Shown: positions 24,028-33,588 of the stretch, one piece after another | Numbering within the stretch: position 1 is the stretch's first letter | How the letters are laid out: each line of letters begins with the position of its first letter | From: an uncultured delta proteobacterium | GTDB lineage: Bacteria > Desulfobacterota > Binatia > Binatales > Binataceae | Reading direction: 5' to 3' | Length of the DNA stretch: 64,000 nt | NCBI GenBank assembly: GCA_963711565.1 | Contig: CAVQEQ010000004.1 | Coordinates: 416,001-480,000 of the forward strand | Position numbers and translations under genes: made by a program | The notes under the pieces: model-generated | Seen by the model: only the letters and a program-made list of their open reading frames with translations | Database searches by the model: none | What the model was told of the DNA's origin: nothing

Positions 24028-24124
24028 CGAGCGGCGCGCGATCGCCAATTCGCGTTTGCCCTCGCGGGCGCGCCAAGCGCAAAATCGCCGCAGTTGCAGC
24101 TTCGCGCATCACGAGGACAATCCG

Positions 24125-25734
24125 ATGGCCGAGAATCGCAAGCGTAAGTTCTGGGGATGGGGCTACGAGGACCAGGGCCGACTCCCGAACAGCAAAAGCA
24201 CATGGCCGAGCGGATGGCCAAGCGCTTCGGGCTTGGGCCGCTCGAAATCGCGCCGCCCCCCAAGGAAAGCGAGCTGAACCTGCGCGCGCCGCGCGTGAAG
24301 ACGCCGACGGCGCTCGAAGCGATTTGCTCGACATTGCCGCACGAGCGCGCGGGGCATACGTACGGCAAGGGTTCGCGCGATATTCATCGCGCATACCGGC
24401 GCGACTATCCGAATCCGATCGACGTGGTCGCGTTTCCGCGCGATGAGAAAGAGCTGGTTCGCGTGCTGGAATGGTGTGACGGCGCGCAGATCGCGGCGGT
24501 GCCGTATGGCGGCGGCTCGAGCGTCGTCGGTGGAGTCGAGCCGCCTGAAGGCGATCGCTATCGCGGGGCGGTGTCGATCGATCTGATGCATCTCGACAAA
24601 GTCGTCGAGGTCGATAAGGTCTCGCGCGCGGCGCGAATCCAGGCCGGCGTGTATGGTCCCGCGCTCGACGCGCAGTTGAAGCCGCTCGGCTTGACGATTC
24701 GCCATTTTCCGCAGTCGTTCGAGTTCTCGACGCTCGGCGGATGGATCGCGACGCGGTCGGGCGGGCATTTCGCGACGCTCTACACGCATATCGACGATTT
24801 CGTCGAGTCGCTGCGGGTCGTGACGCCGACCGGAATCGTCGAGTCGCGGCGCCTGCCCGGTTCGGGCGCCGGTCCGAGCCCGGATCGGATGTTCATCGGC
24901 TCCGAGGGAATTCTCGGGATCATCACAGAGGCGTGGATGCGCCTGCAGGATCGGCCGACGTTTCGCGCGGGTGCGTCGGTGCCGTTTCCGAGCATGTTCA
25001 AGGCGGCGGATGCGGTGCGGCAGATTTCGCAATCGGGAATCTATCCGGCGAACTGCCGCGTGCTCGACGAAGGCGAGGCGTTCAACTCCGGTGCGGGCAA
25101 TGGCGACGAGGCGGTGCTCGTGCTCGCGTTCGAGTCGGCGGACCATCCGCTGGAACCGTGGATGAAGCGGGCGCTCGAGTGCTGTGCGGACAACGGTGGC
25201 AAAATTCCGGCGGACGCGGCGAAGACTCGCACCGACGCCGAGGCGACGCATGAAGGATCGGCGGGCGCGTGGCGCAACGCGTTTCTCAACGCGCCCTACC
25301 TGATGGACACGGTGGCAGCGATGGGAATGGTGAGCGACACGTTCGAGACGTCGATCACGTGGGAGCGATTCCCGGAATTTCATCGCAATATGATGGAATG
25401 CGCGGGCGACATCATTAAACGCGTGTGCGGCAAGGGCACCGTGACGTGCCGATTCACGCACGTTTATCCTGACGGACCAGCGCCGTACTACACGATTCTC
25501 GCGCCGGGCAAGCGCGGCTCCGAGCTAGAGCAGTGGGATGCGATAAAGGCGGCGGTGTCGGACAAGCTGATCGCGCTCGGCGGCACGATCACGCATCATC
25601 ATGCGGTCGGCAGGTACCATCGGCCGTGGTACGACCGCCAGCGTCCCGATGGATTCGCGCTGGCGCTAAAGGCGGCGAAGAAGGCGCTCGACCCGCGCTC
25701 GATTCTAAATCCGGGAGTGCTGATCGATCCGTGA
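24125..25734 (+). pseudogene. FAD-binding oxidoreductase (alkyl-DHAP synthase-like), frameshifted near 24178
   Basis: The N-terminus MAENRKRKFWGWGYEDQG is in one frame and the body (PYGGGSSVVGG, HFPQSFEFSTLGGW, ITHHHAVG) is in another. Confidence 0.8.
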
Positions 25735-25746
25735 AACTCAATTTCT

Positions 25747-26232
25747 GGTTCCCCTTCCCGCGCGGGAAGGGGTTAGGGGTTAGGTTCTTTGACCGGATCG
25801 CAGCGCTTGCCTGATGTACTCAATCACCGCCTCGCTATCGAGCATCGCGTCATTCGATATCCTGAGAACTCGAATGCCCATTCGTGAGATCGCTTGGTCG
25901 CGCGCTTCGTCGTATTTCCATTGCTCCTGATGCACGCCACCGTCCAGCTCGATAGCAAGCTTGCCGTCATCGCAATAGAAATCGACGACGTATCCTGCGA
26001 TCACTTGCTGACGCCGAAAATGGAACCCGTCAATCGCGTTGCGCCGAAGGACCTTCCAGAGAATGCGCTCGGGCGCGGTCATGTCGCGGCGCAATCGTTT
26101 GGCGAAAGCGAGCTTCTCGGCCTGAACGCTTTGGACGCGGGTTATTTTGCTGCCGTTCGTCATAAGCGGGTTGCCGATGCCGAAGAACCTAACCCCTAAC
26201 CCCTAACCCCTTCCCGCGCGGGAAGGGGAACC
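25747..26232. mobile_element. Putative 486-bp element: DUF559 gene bounded by terminal inverted repeats
   Basis: 25747-25789 and 26183-26232 are exact reverse complements apart from one extra TTAGGGG heptamer in the right copy. Confidence 0.7.
25780..26163 (-). CDS. DUF559 (Vsr-like PD-(D/E)xK) endonuclease
   Basis: AKRLRRDMTAPERILW, FRRQQVIAGYVVDFYC, IELDGGVH and DEARD...VLRISN. Confidence 0.9.
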   Translation of the reverse strand: MTNGSKITRVQSVQAEKLAFAKRLRRDMTAPERILWKVLRRNAIDGFHFRRQQVIAGYVVDFYCDDGKLAIELDGGVHQEQWKYDEARDQAISRMGIRVLRISNDAMLDSEAVIEYIRQALRSGQRT

Positions 26233-26240
26233 GAATCCCC

Positions 26241-26558
26241 CTAATCGTCAATCTTCAGCTGTTTTTTCGCCGCGGCGGTCATCATGTGCGGGGTCCAGGG
26301 CGGGTCCCACACGATCTCGACGCGTGCGTCGTCGCATCCCGGGATGCCGAGCAGCTTGTCTTGGATGTCCTGCGTGATCATCATGCCCATCTGGCAGCCG
26401 GGGGCGGTCAGCGTCATCGTGACGTTGACGACGCGGTTCTCGATCTGCACGCCGTAGATGAGTCCGAGATCCACGAGGTTGACCGGAATCTCGGGGTCGT
26501 AGCACTCGCGTAGCACTTCGTAAACGTCGGCTTCGGTCGGTGCGGGCGAATTCTCCAT
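26241..26558 (-). CDS. DUF59/SufT-like metal-sulfur cluster assembly factor
   Basis: DPEIPVNLVDLGLIY, MTLTAPGC and VWDPPW. Confidence 0.9.
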   Translation of the reverse strand: MENSPAPTEADVYEVLRECYDPEIPVNLVDLGLIYGVQIENRVVNVTMTLTAPGCQMGMMITQDIQDKLLGIPGCDDARVEIVWDPPWTPHMMTAAAKKQLKIDD

Positions 26559-26607
26559 AGTGCAGAGTCTAGTATATAAGAGGGTGGGCATGCATCCGAG
26601 GTGAGAT

Positions 26608-26946
26608 ATGGCTGACAAGGAAGAGCTGTACGACGAGGCGATTGACGCATACGCCGACGACAAGTTCGATGAGGCGATCGAGTTGTACAAGAAAGCGCTC
26701 GAAGCCGATCCGAAGTACGCGGACGCGGTTCACGGAATGATCATGTGCTACCAGGCCAAGGGAGATCTGGACACCGCGATTGAGCTGACCAGGAAATATA
26801 TCGCGCAAGAGCCGGAAGATATTCTGGCGCATACCAATCTCAGCATGTTCTATCAGAAGAAGGGAATGGTGCCGGAAGCGGAAGCCGCCGGTGCAGAGGC
26901 GCGGCGGCTCGACTGGAAGCGGCAACTCAAGGAAGGCAAGAAGTAG
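26608..26946 (+). CDS. Tetratricopeptide repeat protein
   Basis: AIELYKKALEADP and further TPR-like helices. Confidence 0.85.
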   Translation: MADKEELYDEAIDAYADDKFDEAIELYKKALEADPKYADAVHGMIMCYQAKGDLDTAIELTRKYIAQEPEDILAHTNLSMFYQKKGMVPEAEAAGAEARRLDWKRQLKEGKK

Positions 26947-26953
26947 GGCGTCG

Positions 26954-27712
26954 ATGAAACTCAAGGACAAAGTTGTGTTGATAACGGGCGGCGGCTCGGG
27001 ACTCGGGCGCGAGATGGGACTGACTTTTGCGCGCGAGGGCGCGAAAATCGGCGTCAACGACATCAGGCCCGAGTCGGCGGATAACGTCGTGACAGAAATT
27101 GGCCGTGCGGGCGGCACCGCGCGGCCGTTCGTCGCGGATGTGTCGAGCAGTGCGGCGGTAGCGAAGATGTTCGCGGAGTTTATCGCGGCCTTCGGCACGA
27201 TCGACATACTGATCAATAACGCCGGCATCGCGCGCAGCCGCGAGTCGAGCGTCGCGATGCCGACGCACGAAAAGACTGACGAGGACTGGCACAAGATGCT
27301 CGCGACGCATCTCGACTCGACCTTCTACTGCACGCGCGAGGCGCTGAAGGTGATGATCCCGAAGCAGTCGGGACGCATCATCAATCTCGGCTCGATCGCG
27401 GGCACCACGGGGCTCGCGTTCGCGTCGGACTACTGCGCGGCGAAGGGCGGAATCATCTCGTTCACCAAGTCGGTCGCGCGCGAAGTGGTGGCGATGGGGA
27501 TCCTGGTCAATTGCATCGCGCCGGGATTTATCGACACGCCGATGACCTCGATCATCGACGGTGAGATGCGCAAGCAGATCGAAGCGACGACGCCGATCGG
27601 GCGCTTCGGCGAGCCGGGCGACATCGCGGCGGCGGCGCTGTTCCTCGCCTGCGACGATTCGAAGTTCATGGTCGGCCAGGTGATCAGCCCCAACGGCGGC
27701 TACGTGATTTGA
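26954..27712 (+). CDS. Short-chain dehydrogenase/reductase (FabG-like)
   Basis: TGGGSGLG, NNAG and YCAAK. Confidence 0.92.
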   Translation: MKLKDKVVLITGGGSGLGREMGLTFAREGAKIGVNDIRPESADNVVTEIGRAGGTARPFVADVSSSAAVAKMFAEFIAAFGTIDILINNAGIARSRESSVAMPTHEKTDEDWHKMLATHLDSTFYCTREALKVMIPKQSGRIINLGSIAGTTGLAFASDYCAAKGGIISFTKSVAREVVAMGILVNCIAPGFIDTPMTSIIDGEMRKQIEATTPIGRFGEPGDIAAAALFLACDDSKFMVGQVISPNGGYVI

Positions 27713-27746
27713 ACTGCGGGCGATCCGGACCGCATAAGTTGCCACG

Positions 27747-29300
27747 ATGCTGACGCGGTCCGCGGGAATCCTGATACCACTGTTCTCGATCCGCACGCGC
27801 GACGATCTCGGCCGCGGGGAGATCCTTGGCCTCGCGCCGATGATCGATTTCGCGCTGTCGATGGGTCATCGCGTGATCCAGTTGCTGCCGCTCGACGAGA
27901 CCGGCCCCGACGATCTCAGCCCGTACAGCGCGATGAGCGTGATGGCGATCGATCCAACCTATATTTCGATGAGCGGATTGCCGGGAGTCGGGCGAGTTGT
28001 GCTGGCGCGCGCGCGCGAGGCGGTTGGCAGGGCGCGGTTTGTTCCTCGATCGATCATACGGCGGGAAAAATTCGCGTTGCTCGAGCGCGCGTACCGTGCC
28101 ACTCGAGCGCGCGGCGGACGCGACGAAGGCGCGCAGCTCGACGCGTTCATCGAGGCCAACGCGTACTGGCTCCACGACTACGCACTGTTTCGCGCGCTCA
28201 AGGAGCGCTTCAAGTGGACCAGTTGGGAAACCTGGCCGGCTGAAATTGCCACGCGCGATCCGGTCGCGATGGCGCTCGCGCGACGTGAGCTGGCCGACCC
28301 GATCGAGATGTACGGCTACTGGCAGTTCGTCGCGCATCGGCAGTGGTCGCAGATGCGCGCGTACGCATCGTCGCACGGCGCGTTTATCGGCGGGGATCTC
28401 GCGTTCTCGCCGTGCCGCGACAGTGCCGAGGTGTGGGCGAACCAGGATGAATTCGATCTGTCGCGCAGTGTGGGCGCGCCGCCGGACGGCTTCAATCCCA
28501 AGGGGCAGCGATGGGGCCTGCCGCTGCCGAATTGGAACCAGATGCGCGCGCAAGGATTCAAGGTGCTGCGCGCGCGTGCGCGTCACGCCAGCTCGCTTTA
28601 CGATTTGATTCGAATCGATCACGTCGTTGGGCTCTATCGAACTTTCAATTTCGGTTCCGATCCCGACGCGCCGGGAAATTTTACGCCGGTGAACGAAGAC
28701 GATCAGCGGCGCCAGGGCGAGGAAGTAATTGGCACGATCAAGCAGGAGGTGGGTGCGACCGAACTGATCGCGGAAGACCTCGGCACCGTGCCGCCGTGGG
28801 TGCGCGATTCGCTGATGCATGTGGGAGTGGCGGGATACAAGGTGATGCAGTGGGAGCGCGACTGGGGCCACGGCGACGAGCCGTTTCTCAGCCCCGCGAC
28901 CTATCCTGAACTTTCGCTCGCGACTACGGGGACGCATGACACGGAACCGCTGACCGTATGGTGGCATGCGCAACCGATTTCCGATCGTGAGAAATTCGTG
29001 CGCGCGCTTGGTCTCGAGGGCAAGGTGAACGCGCGCCGGATGCTGGAAGAATCGGCGCGCGACGCGATCCTGGCGCTGCTGTATGCGGCGCCGTCAAAGC
29101 TGGTGATAATTCCGATTCAGGATTTGTTCGGATGGAGTGCACGGATCAATCGGCCGGGAACGACCAACGACTTCAACTGGACCTATCGGTTGCCGCTCAC
29201 GCTGGAACGGATGCGCCGCAGCCGCGCGATACAATCGGACGTCGCCAGGCTGCGCGCGATCGCGATCAGTAGCGGGCGGTTCACCGAGACAGAAAGCTGA
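27747..29300 (+). CDS. malQ: 4-alpha-glucanotransferase (GH77)
   Basis: QLLPL...SPYS, GAPPD, RIDH, AEDLG and GTHD. Confidence 0.92.
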   Translation: MLTRSAGILIPLFSIRTRDDLGRGEILGLAPMIDFALSMGHRVIQLLPLDETGPDDLSPYSAMSVMAIDPTYISMSGLPGVGRVVLARAREAVGRARFVPRSIIRREKFALLERAYRATRARGGRDEGAQLDAFIEANAYWLHDYALFRALKERFKWTSWETWPAEIATRDPVAMALARRELADPIEMYGYWQFVAHRQWSQMRAYASSHGAFIGGDLAFSPCRDSAEVWANQDEFDLSRSVGAPPDGFNPKGQRWGLPLPNWNQMRAQGFKVLRARARHASSLYDLIRIDHVVGLYRTFNFGSDPDAPGNFTPVNEDDQRRQGEEVIGTIKQEVGATELIAEDLGTVPPWVRDSLMHVGVAGYKVMQWERDWGHGDEPFLSPATYPELSLATTGTHDTEPLTVWWHAQPISDREKFVRALGLEGKVNARRMLEESARDAILALLYAAPSKLVIIPIQDLFGWSARINRPGTTNDFNWTYRLPLTLERMRRSRAIQSDVARLRAIAISSGRFTETES

Positions 29301-29305
29301 TTGTA

Positions 29306-29435
29306 TTACCTCTCCCTTCGGGAGAGGTCATGCGGCGACACTCGTGTCGCGCACGGGTGAGGGCGCTGGCATCGAGATGAATGCGGGCGTCCTCACCCGC
29401 GCCGGGGGCGCGAGCTCTCCCGCAGGGAGAGGTAA
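29306..29435. repeat. Family C MITE/REPIN-like element of about 130 bp
   Basis: Terminal inverted repeat TTACCTCTCCCTTCGGGAGAGGTC (22/24 match) and inner inverted repeat CGGGTGAGG / CCTCACCCG. Confidence 0.75.
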
Positions 29436-29537
29436 GTTGTCGTCAAGTTGTGGCGCGCCCGCGGGTTGAACTATAAGCATCACTGGTTGCTGCTTGCGAT
29501 CGGCAATACTCGGGGAGCGCTTTTCCCGGAGGCATCG

Positions 29538-30695
29538 ATGGGACCACTTGAAGGAATTCGCGTACTCGATTTGAGCATGGTGGTGTCGGGACCGTTTTGC
29601 ACCATGATGCTCGGCGACCTTGGCGCGGACGTTATCAAAATCGAGCCGCCTGACGGCGATGTCTCGCGCATGCTGTCGGGCAAGGAGCGCGGCGGGGTTA
29701 CCGTCGCCATCCTCAACTGGAATCGCAACAAGCGCGCGATGATGCTCGACCTCAAGCAGCCCGGCGCCGCCGAGGTGTTTCTCAAGATGGCCGAGCACGC
29801 CGATATCGTCGTGCAGAACGTGCGGCCCGGCGTCGTCGATCGGCTGGGCGTCGGCTATGACGCAGTCGCGGCGCGCAATCCGAAAATTGTTTACTGCTCG
29901 ATCGCCGGCTACGGGTTCTCGGGGCCGTCGGTCAACAAGCCCGCTTACGACCCGATCATACAAGGGATGGCGGGAGTGATGACTTCGCAGCGGACGCAGG
30001 GACGGCCGCGCGCGGTCAAAAATATTCTGGGCGACAAGGTTACTGCGATGACGGCGGCGATCTCGATTCTCGCGGCGCTGACCGAGGCGCAGCGCAGCGG
30101 CAAAGGACAGCATCTGCAGATCGCGATGATCGACGCGGTCGCCTACTACCTGATGCCCGACACCGCGTCGCGCCACACGTATCTTCCCCACGACGCGGGC
30201 ATCGCGCCGTCGATGAACACCCTTGAGCCGTTTCAGACGGCCGACGGCTACATCACGATTGCGCCGCTGACCGACAAGCACTGGATCGCGATTCTCAAAG
30301 CGGTGGGACATCCGGAATGGTTCGAGGGCGACGAGCCGCGGCCCGAGCGCGTCAGGCGATCGATCAAGAGCCTCATCACGCTGTTCCCGACGCAGCCTTC
30401 GGCGCACTGGCTCGAGCGGATCGAAGCGGCCGACGTGCCATGCGGACCGGTCAACGACTACGACTCGATCTGGAGCGATCCGCAGTTCGTCGCGAATGAG
30501 ACGTTCTTCGAATACGAGCATCCCAGGGCGGGACGGGTTCGCGCCGTACGATCGCCCGCGCGATTCTCGCGCACCGAGCCCGAGCTGTGGCGTCATCCAC
30601 CCGACCTGGGGCAGCACACCGATGAAATTCTCGGCGAATTTGGATTCGGCGCCGATGAGATTGCCGAGCTGAGAGCGAATCGGATCGTCAATTGA
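29538..30695 (+). CDS. CaiB/BaiF family III CoA-transferase
   Basis: PLEGIRVLDLS, LGADVIKIEPPDGD and NRNKR. Confidence 0.93.
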   Translation: MGPLEGIRVLDLSMVVSGPFCTMMLGDLGADVIKIEPPDGDVSRMLSGKERGGVTVAILNWNRNKRAMMLDLKQPGAAEVFLKMAEHADIVVQNVRPGVVDRLGVGYDAVAARNPKIVYCSIAGYGFSGPSVNKPAYDPIIQGMAGVMTSQRTQGRPRAVKNILGDKVTAMTAAISILAALTEAQRSGKGQHLQIAMIDAVAYYLMPDTASRHTYLPHDAGIAPSMNTLEPFQTADGYITIAPLTDKHWIAILKAVGHPEWFEGDEPRPERVRRSIKSLITLFPTQPSAHWLERIEAADVPCGPVNDYDSIWSDPQFVANETFFEYEHPRAGRVRAVRSPARFSRTEPELWRHPPDLGQHTDEILGEFGFGADEIAELRANRIVN

Positions 30696-31756
30696 GCTAT
30701 CGCTCGATCCGCCGCGCGCTGGCTCTCGCATCTCTTGGCGCAATTTCCGCCGCCGCAATCGCGACCGTGCAGGGATGCGCGACGCGACAGGCCTCGACGC
30801 GCGGGGCTCCAGTCGCGCAAGCTGCTCCGAGCGCAAAGCCAACTCCCACCGGAGCCCCGCTCGGGACGCATGCGCCGTACGCAATCACGGCGGGCCTCGA
30901 TGGCAACCTGTGGTTCACCGAATACCAGGGCGACGGGATCGGACGGATGACTCCCTACGGCGCCACCAAGCGCTTTCCCATCGATCCCGACGGATTTGCC
31001 GAACGAATCACCGCAGGCCCCGACGGCGCGGTCTGGTTCACCGACACGGTCGGCAATCGCATCGGCCGCGTCGCCCCCGATGGCAAAATCGCGTACGTCA
31101 ACCTGCCGCATTCGGACAGTGGTCCGGCGGGAATCGCGTCGGGGCCTGACGGCAATATCTGGTTTACCGAGCATTCGGGCAATCGCATCGGGCGGCTCAG
31201 CACGACCGGCACGCTGACCGAAATCGAACTGCCCAAGGGCGCAGGTCCCGCCGAAATCGTCACCGGCAGCGACGGCAACCTGTGGTTTGCCGAGGACAAG
31301 GCGAATCGCATCTCGCGCGTCACCATCTCGGGCAACGTCAAGGAATTCGCAATCCTGACGCCGGACACGCGCCCCGCGATGATGGTGCTCGGGGCGGATG
31401 GCAACGTGTGGTTCACGCAGCCGCAGGCCAACAAAATTGGCCGGGTCACGCCCGGTGGTTACATCACGGAGTACGCGCTGCCTGCGGCCGGCGTACCGCT
31501 TGGAATCGCGGCGGGCGCCGACAAAAATCTCTGGATCACCGTGATTCGCGCGCAGCTGATCTATCGCATGACCCCGAAGGGCGATTTCGCGTCGTTCCCG
31601 ATGCCCGCGAAGTCGATGGCGACGTTCATCACGGCGGGCCCCGACGGCTCGCTGTGGTTCACCGAGCCCAACGGCAAGGTGGGCCGCATCACGACCTCGG
31701 GGATCGTGACGGAATTCGTCTTCTCGAATCCGTACAGCGAGCACGTTTACAGGTAA
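30692..31756 (+). CDS. Vgb-like beta-propeller lipoprotein
   Basis: About seven GPDGNLWFTE repeats; signal peptide with RR and lipobox VQGC. Confidence 0.82.
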   Translation: MSYRSIRRALALASLGAISAAAIATVQGCATRQASTRGAPVAQAAPSAKPTPTGAPLGTHAPYAITAGLDGNLWFTEYQGDGIGRMTPYGATKRFPIDPDGFAERITAGPDGAVWFTDTVGNRIGRVAPDGKIAYVNLPHSDSGPAGIASGPDGNIWFTEHSGNRIGRLSTTGTLTEIELPKGAGPAEIVTGSDGNLWFAEDKANRISRVTISGNVKEFAILTPDTRPAMMVLGADGNVWFTQPQANKIGRVTPGGYITEYALPAAGVPLGIAAGADKNLWITVIRAQLIYRMTPKGDFASFPMPAKSMATFITAGPDGSLWFTEPNGKVGRITTSGIVTEFVFSNPYSEHVYR

Positions 31757-31898
31757 ACGCGCCCCTTGAGACCTCGCGGGCGGTGATGACGCGGCTGTTC
31801 CGTTCGCCGAGTTTTGCGGTATAAGCGCTCTATCACACGAACCAAAACGCTGGGCGCGTTTGGATTCCGGCATCATGCCGCATAGGGAGAATTGAGCG

Positions 31899-32792
31899 AT
31901 GGGCAAGCTCGACGGAAAGGTAGCCGCCATCACCGGCGGCGGTCGCGGTATCGGCCGCGGCATCGCGAGGGCATTCGCCGCGCAGGGATGCGCAGTTGTA
32001 GTCAACGATCTTGGCGTCACCGTTGCGGGGCAGAAGGAAACGCAATCGCCCGCCGACGACGTGGTCAAGGAAGTCAAAGCCGCGGGCGGTAGCGCAGTTT
32101 CCAATCACATGGATATCGCGACCGTGGAAGGCGGCGAGGGCCTCGTCAACCAGGCGATCAAGGAATTCGGCAAGCTCGACATTTTGGTGAACGTCGCCGG
32201 CATCCTGCGCGACCGCATGATCTTCAACATGTCGGAACAGGAATGGGACGACGTGATCCGCGTGCACCTGAAGGGGCACTACTGCACGATCAAGCCGGCC
32301 TCGGCGCATATGCGCGAGCGCAAGTACGGCAGGATTATCAACTTCTCGTCGAACTCGGCGCTCGGCAGTCCCGGCCAGCCCAACTACGCGGCGGCCAAGG
32401 CGGGAATCCTGGGCCTGACCTACTCGAGCGCGAACTCGCTGCACAAATACGGAATCACGGTGAATGCGATCATGCCGGGCGCGTCAACGCGCATGACCGA
32501 TACGATTCCCGCGGGCAGGATGCCGGGCGCGACGGGAATCCCGCAGTCGGACAAGGTCGAAGGGACGCCGCGCGATCCCGCCAACGTCGCGCCGATCGTG
32601 GTGTTCCTGGCGAGCGATGACGCCGCGAACGTCACCGGGCAATGCTTCGGCGCGTCGGGCTTCCGCATCATGCGCTATCGGCACATCGCGCCCGACAAAG
32701 TGCTCTACAACAACGGCCCGTGGAACGTCGACGAACTGTTCGAGCGGTTGAAGAACACGCTGCTGGTGGATCTGAGCGCGCCGCGAATGTAG
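31899..32792 (+). CDS. Short-chain dehydrogenase/reductase
   Basis: TGGGRGIG, VVVNDLG, AGILRD and YAAAK. Confidence 0.92.
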   Translation: MGKLDGKVAAITGGGRGIGRGIARAFAAQGCAVVVNDLGVTVAGQKETQSPADDVVKEVKAAGGSAVSNHMDIATVEGGEGLVNQAIKEFGKLDILVNVAGILRDRMIFNMSEQEWDDVIRVHLKGHYCTIKPASAHMRERKYGRIINFSSNSALGSPGQPNYAAAKAGILGLTYSSANSLHKYGITVNAIMPGASTRMTDTIPAGRMPGATGIPQSDKVEGTPRDPANVAPIVVFLASDDAANVTGQCFGASGFRIMRYRHIAPDKVLYNNGPWNVDELFERLKNTLLVDLSAPRM

Positions 32793-32975
32793 CGGACGAG
32801 GCCGTGCTTTTGGCGTATCCAGTTATCGTGAGCCGATGCGGTGAGGGCGAGCTTATTTTGGTGTCAATGTGAGCCGGTCGCAAATAGTGCAGTCGGTGCC
32901 GGTGCAAGTCGCGGTCTCCAAGTCACGAGTCTTCACTTCTTGTCATATTGGGTAAGGAGTGGTTCAATAGAAACG

Positions 32976-33449
32976 ATGGCAGATCCAGCTACGGTGGCAG
33001 GGGCAGCTGCGGCTAAAGGCATTTGGTCCAAAATTAGTTCCGCGTTGACCGGTGCTACCAAGAAGCTAGTTGAACTCATAAACAAACGTCTCGACATTCT
33101 GGAAAAAAACCTAGACGGATTGCAGAAGGCAATTGACGAGCTCAACAAACTCGATCGTGAGATTTACGGCAAACAAAAGGCTTTCGAGGCCAACATGACT
33201 TCAATAGAAAAGACACTGGGACGGATTGAGAGTGACCTTAAGGATGGAATTAAGGGTGTCACTAGCGAAATCAGGGATGTTGAAAACAAAATAACTGCCA
33301 AGATGGAGCAGCTCGAAAAAAAGTCAGAAGAGCATCTACAGAATTCGCTGGAACCAATCCAAAGCGAGATTGCCCAAATCAGGGGAGTTTTCTATAGACC
33401 TGGAGGCGGCGGAGTCCTGGGAGGCGGCGGGGTCCTGTCCCAGACTTAG
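32976..33449 (+). CDS. Low-GC coiled-coil hypothetical protein
   Basis: Lys/Glu-rich heptad pattern, atypical codon usage and a Gly-rich C-terminus. Confidence 0.6.
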   Translation: MADPATVAGAAAAKGIWSKISSALTGATKKLVELINKRLDILEKNLDGLQKAIDELNKLDREIYGKQKAFEANMTSIEKTLGRIESDLKDGIKGVTSEIRDVENKITAKMEQLEKKSEEHLQNSLEPIQSEIAQIRGVFYRPGGGGVLGGGGVLSQT

Positions 33450-33588
33450 ATATCAGATATTCGTTGCCTTCCATCTATCTTTTGTAACAATCGTCCCCAC
33501 AATTGAGCCGCGCTTTTCCCTCTCGCCAGCAGAACCCTTACTGCGAGGTTGAAGCTAAGTCGGTTGGCTGCCAGCCAAACGCAAGCCG

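Noticed and set aside
30692-31756. Streptogramin B resistance (vgb)
   Set aside because: Only the propeller repeat is recognisable. The lipoprotein signal and unverified catalytic residues argue against calling it a resistance gene.
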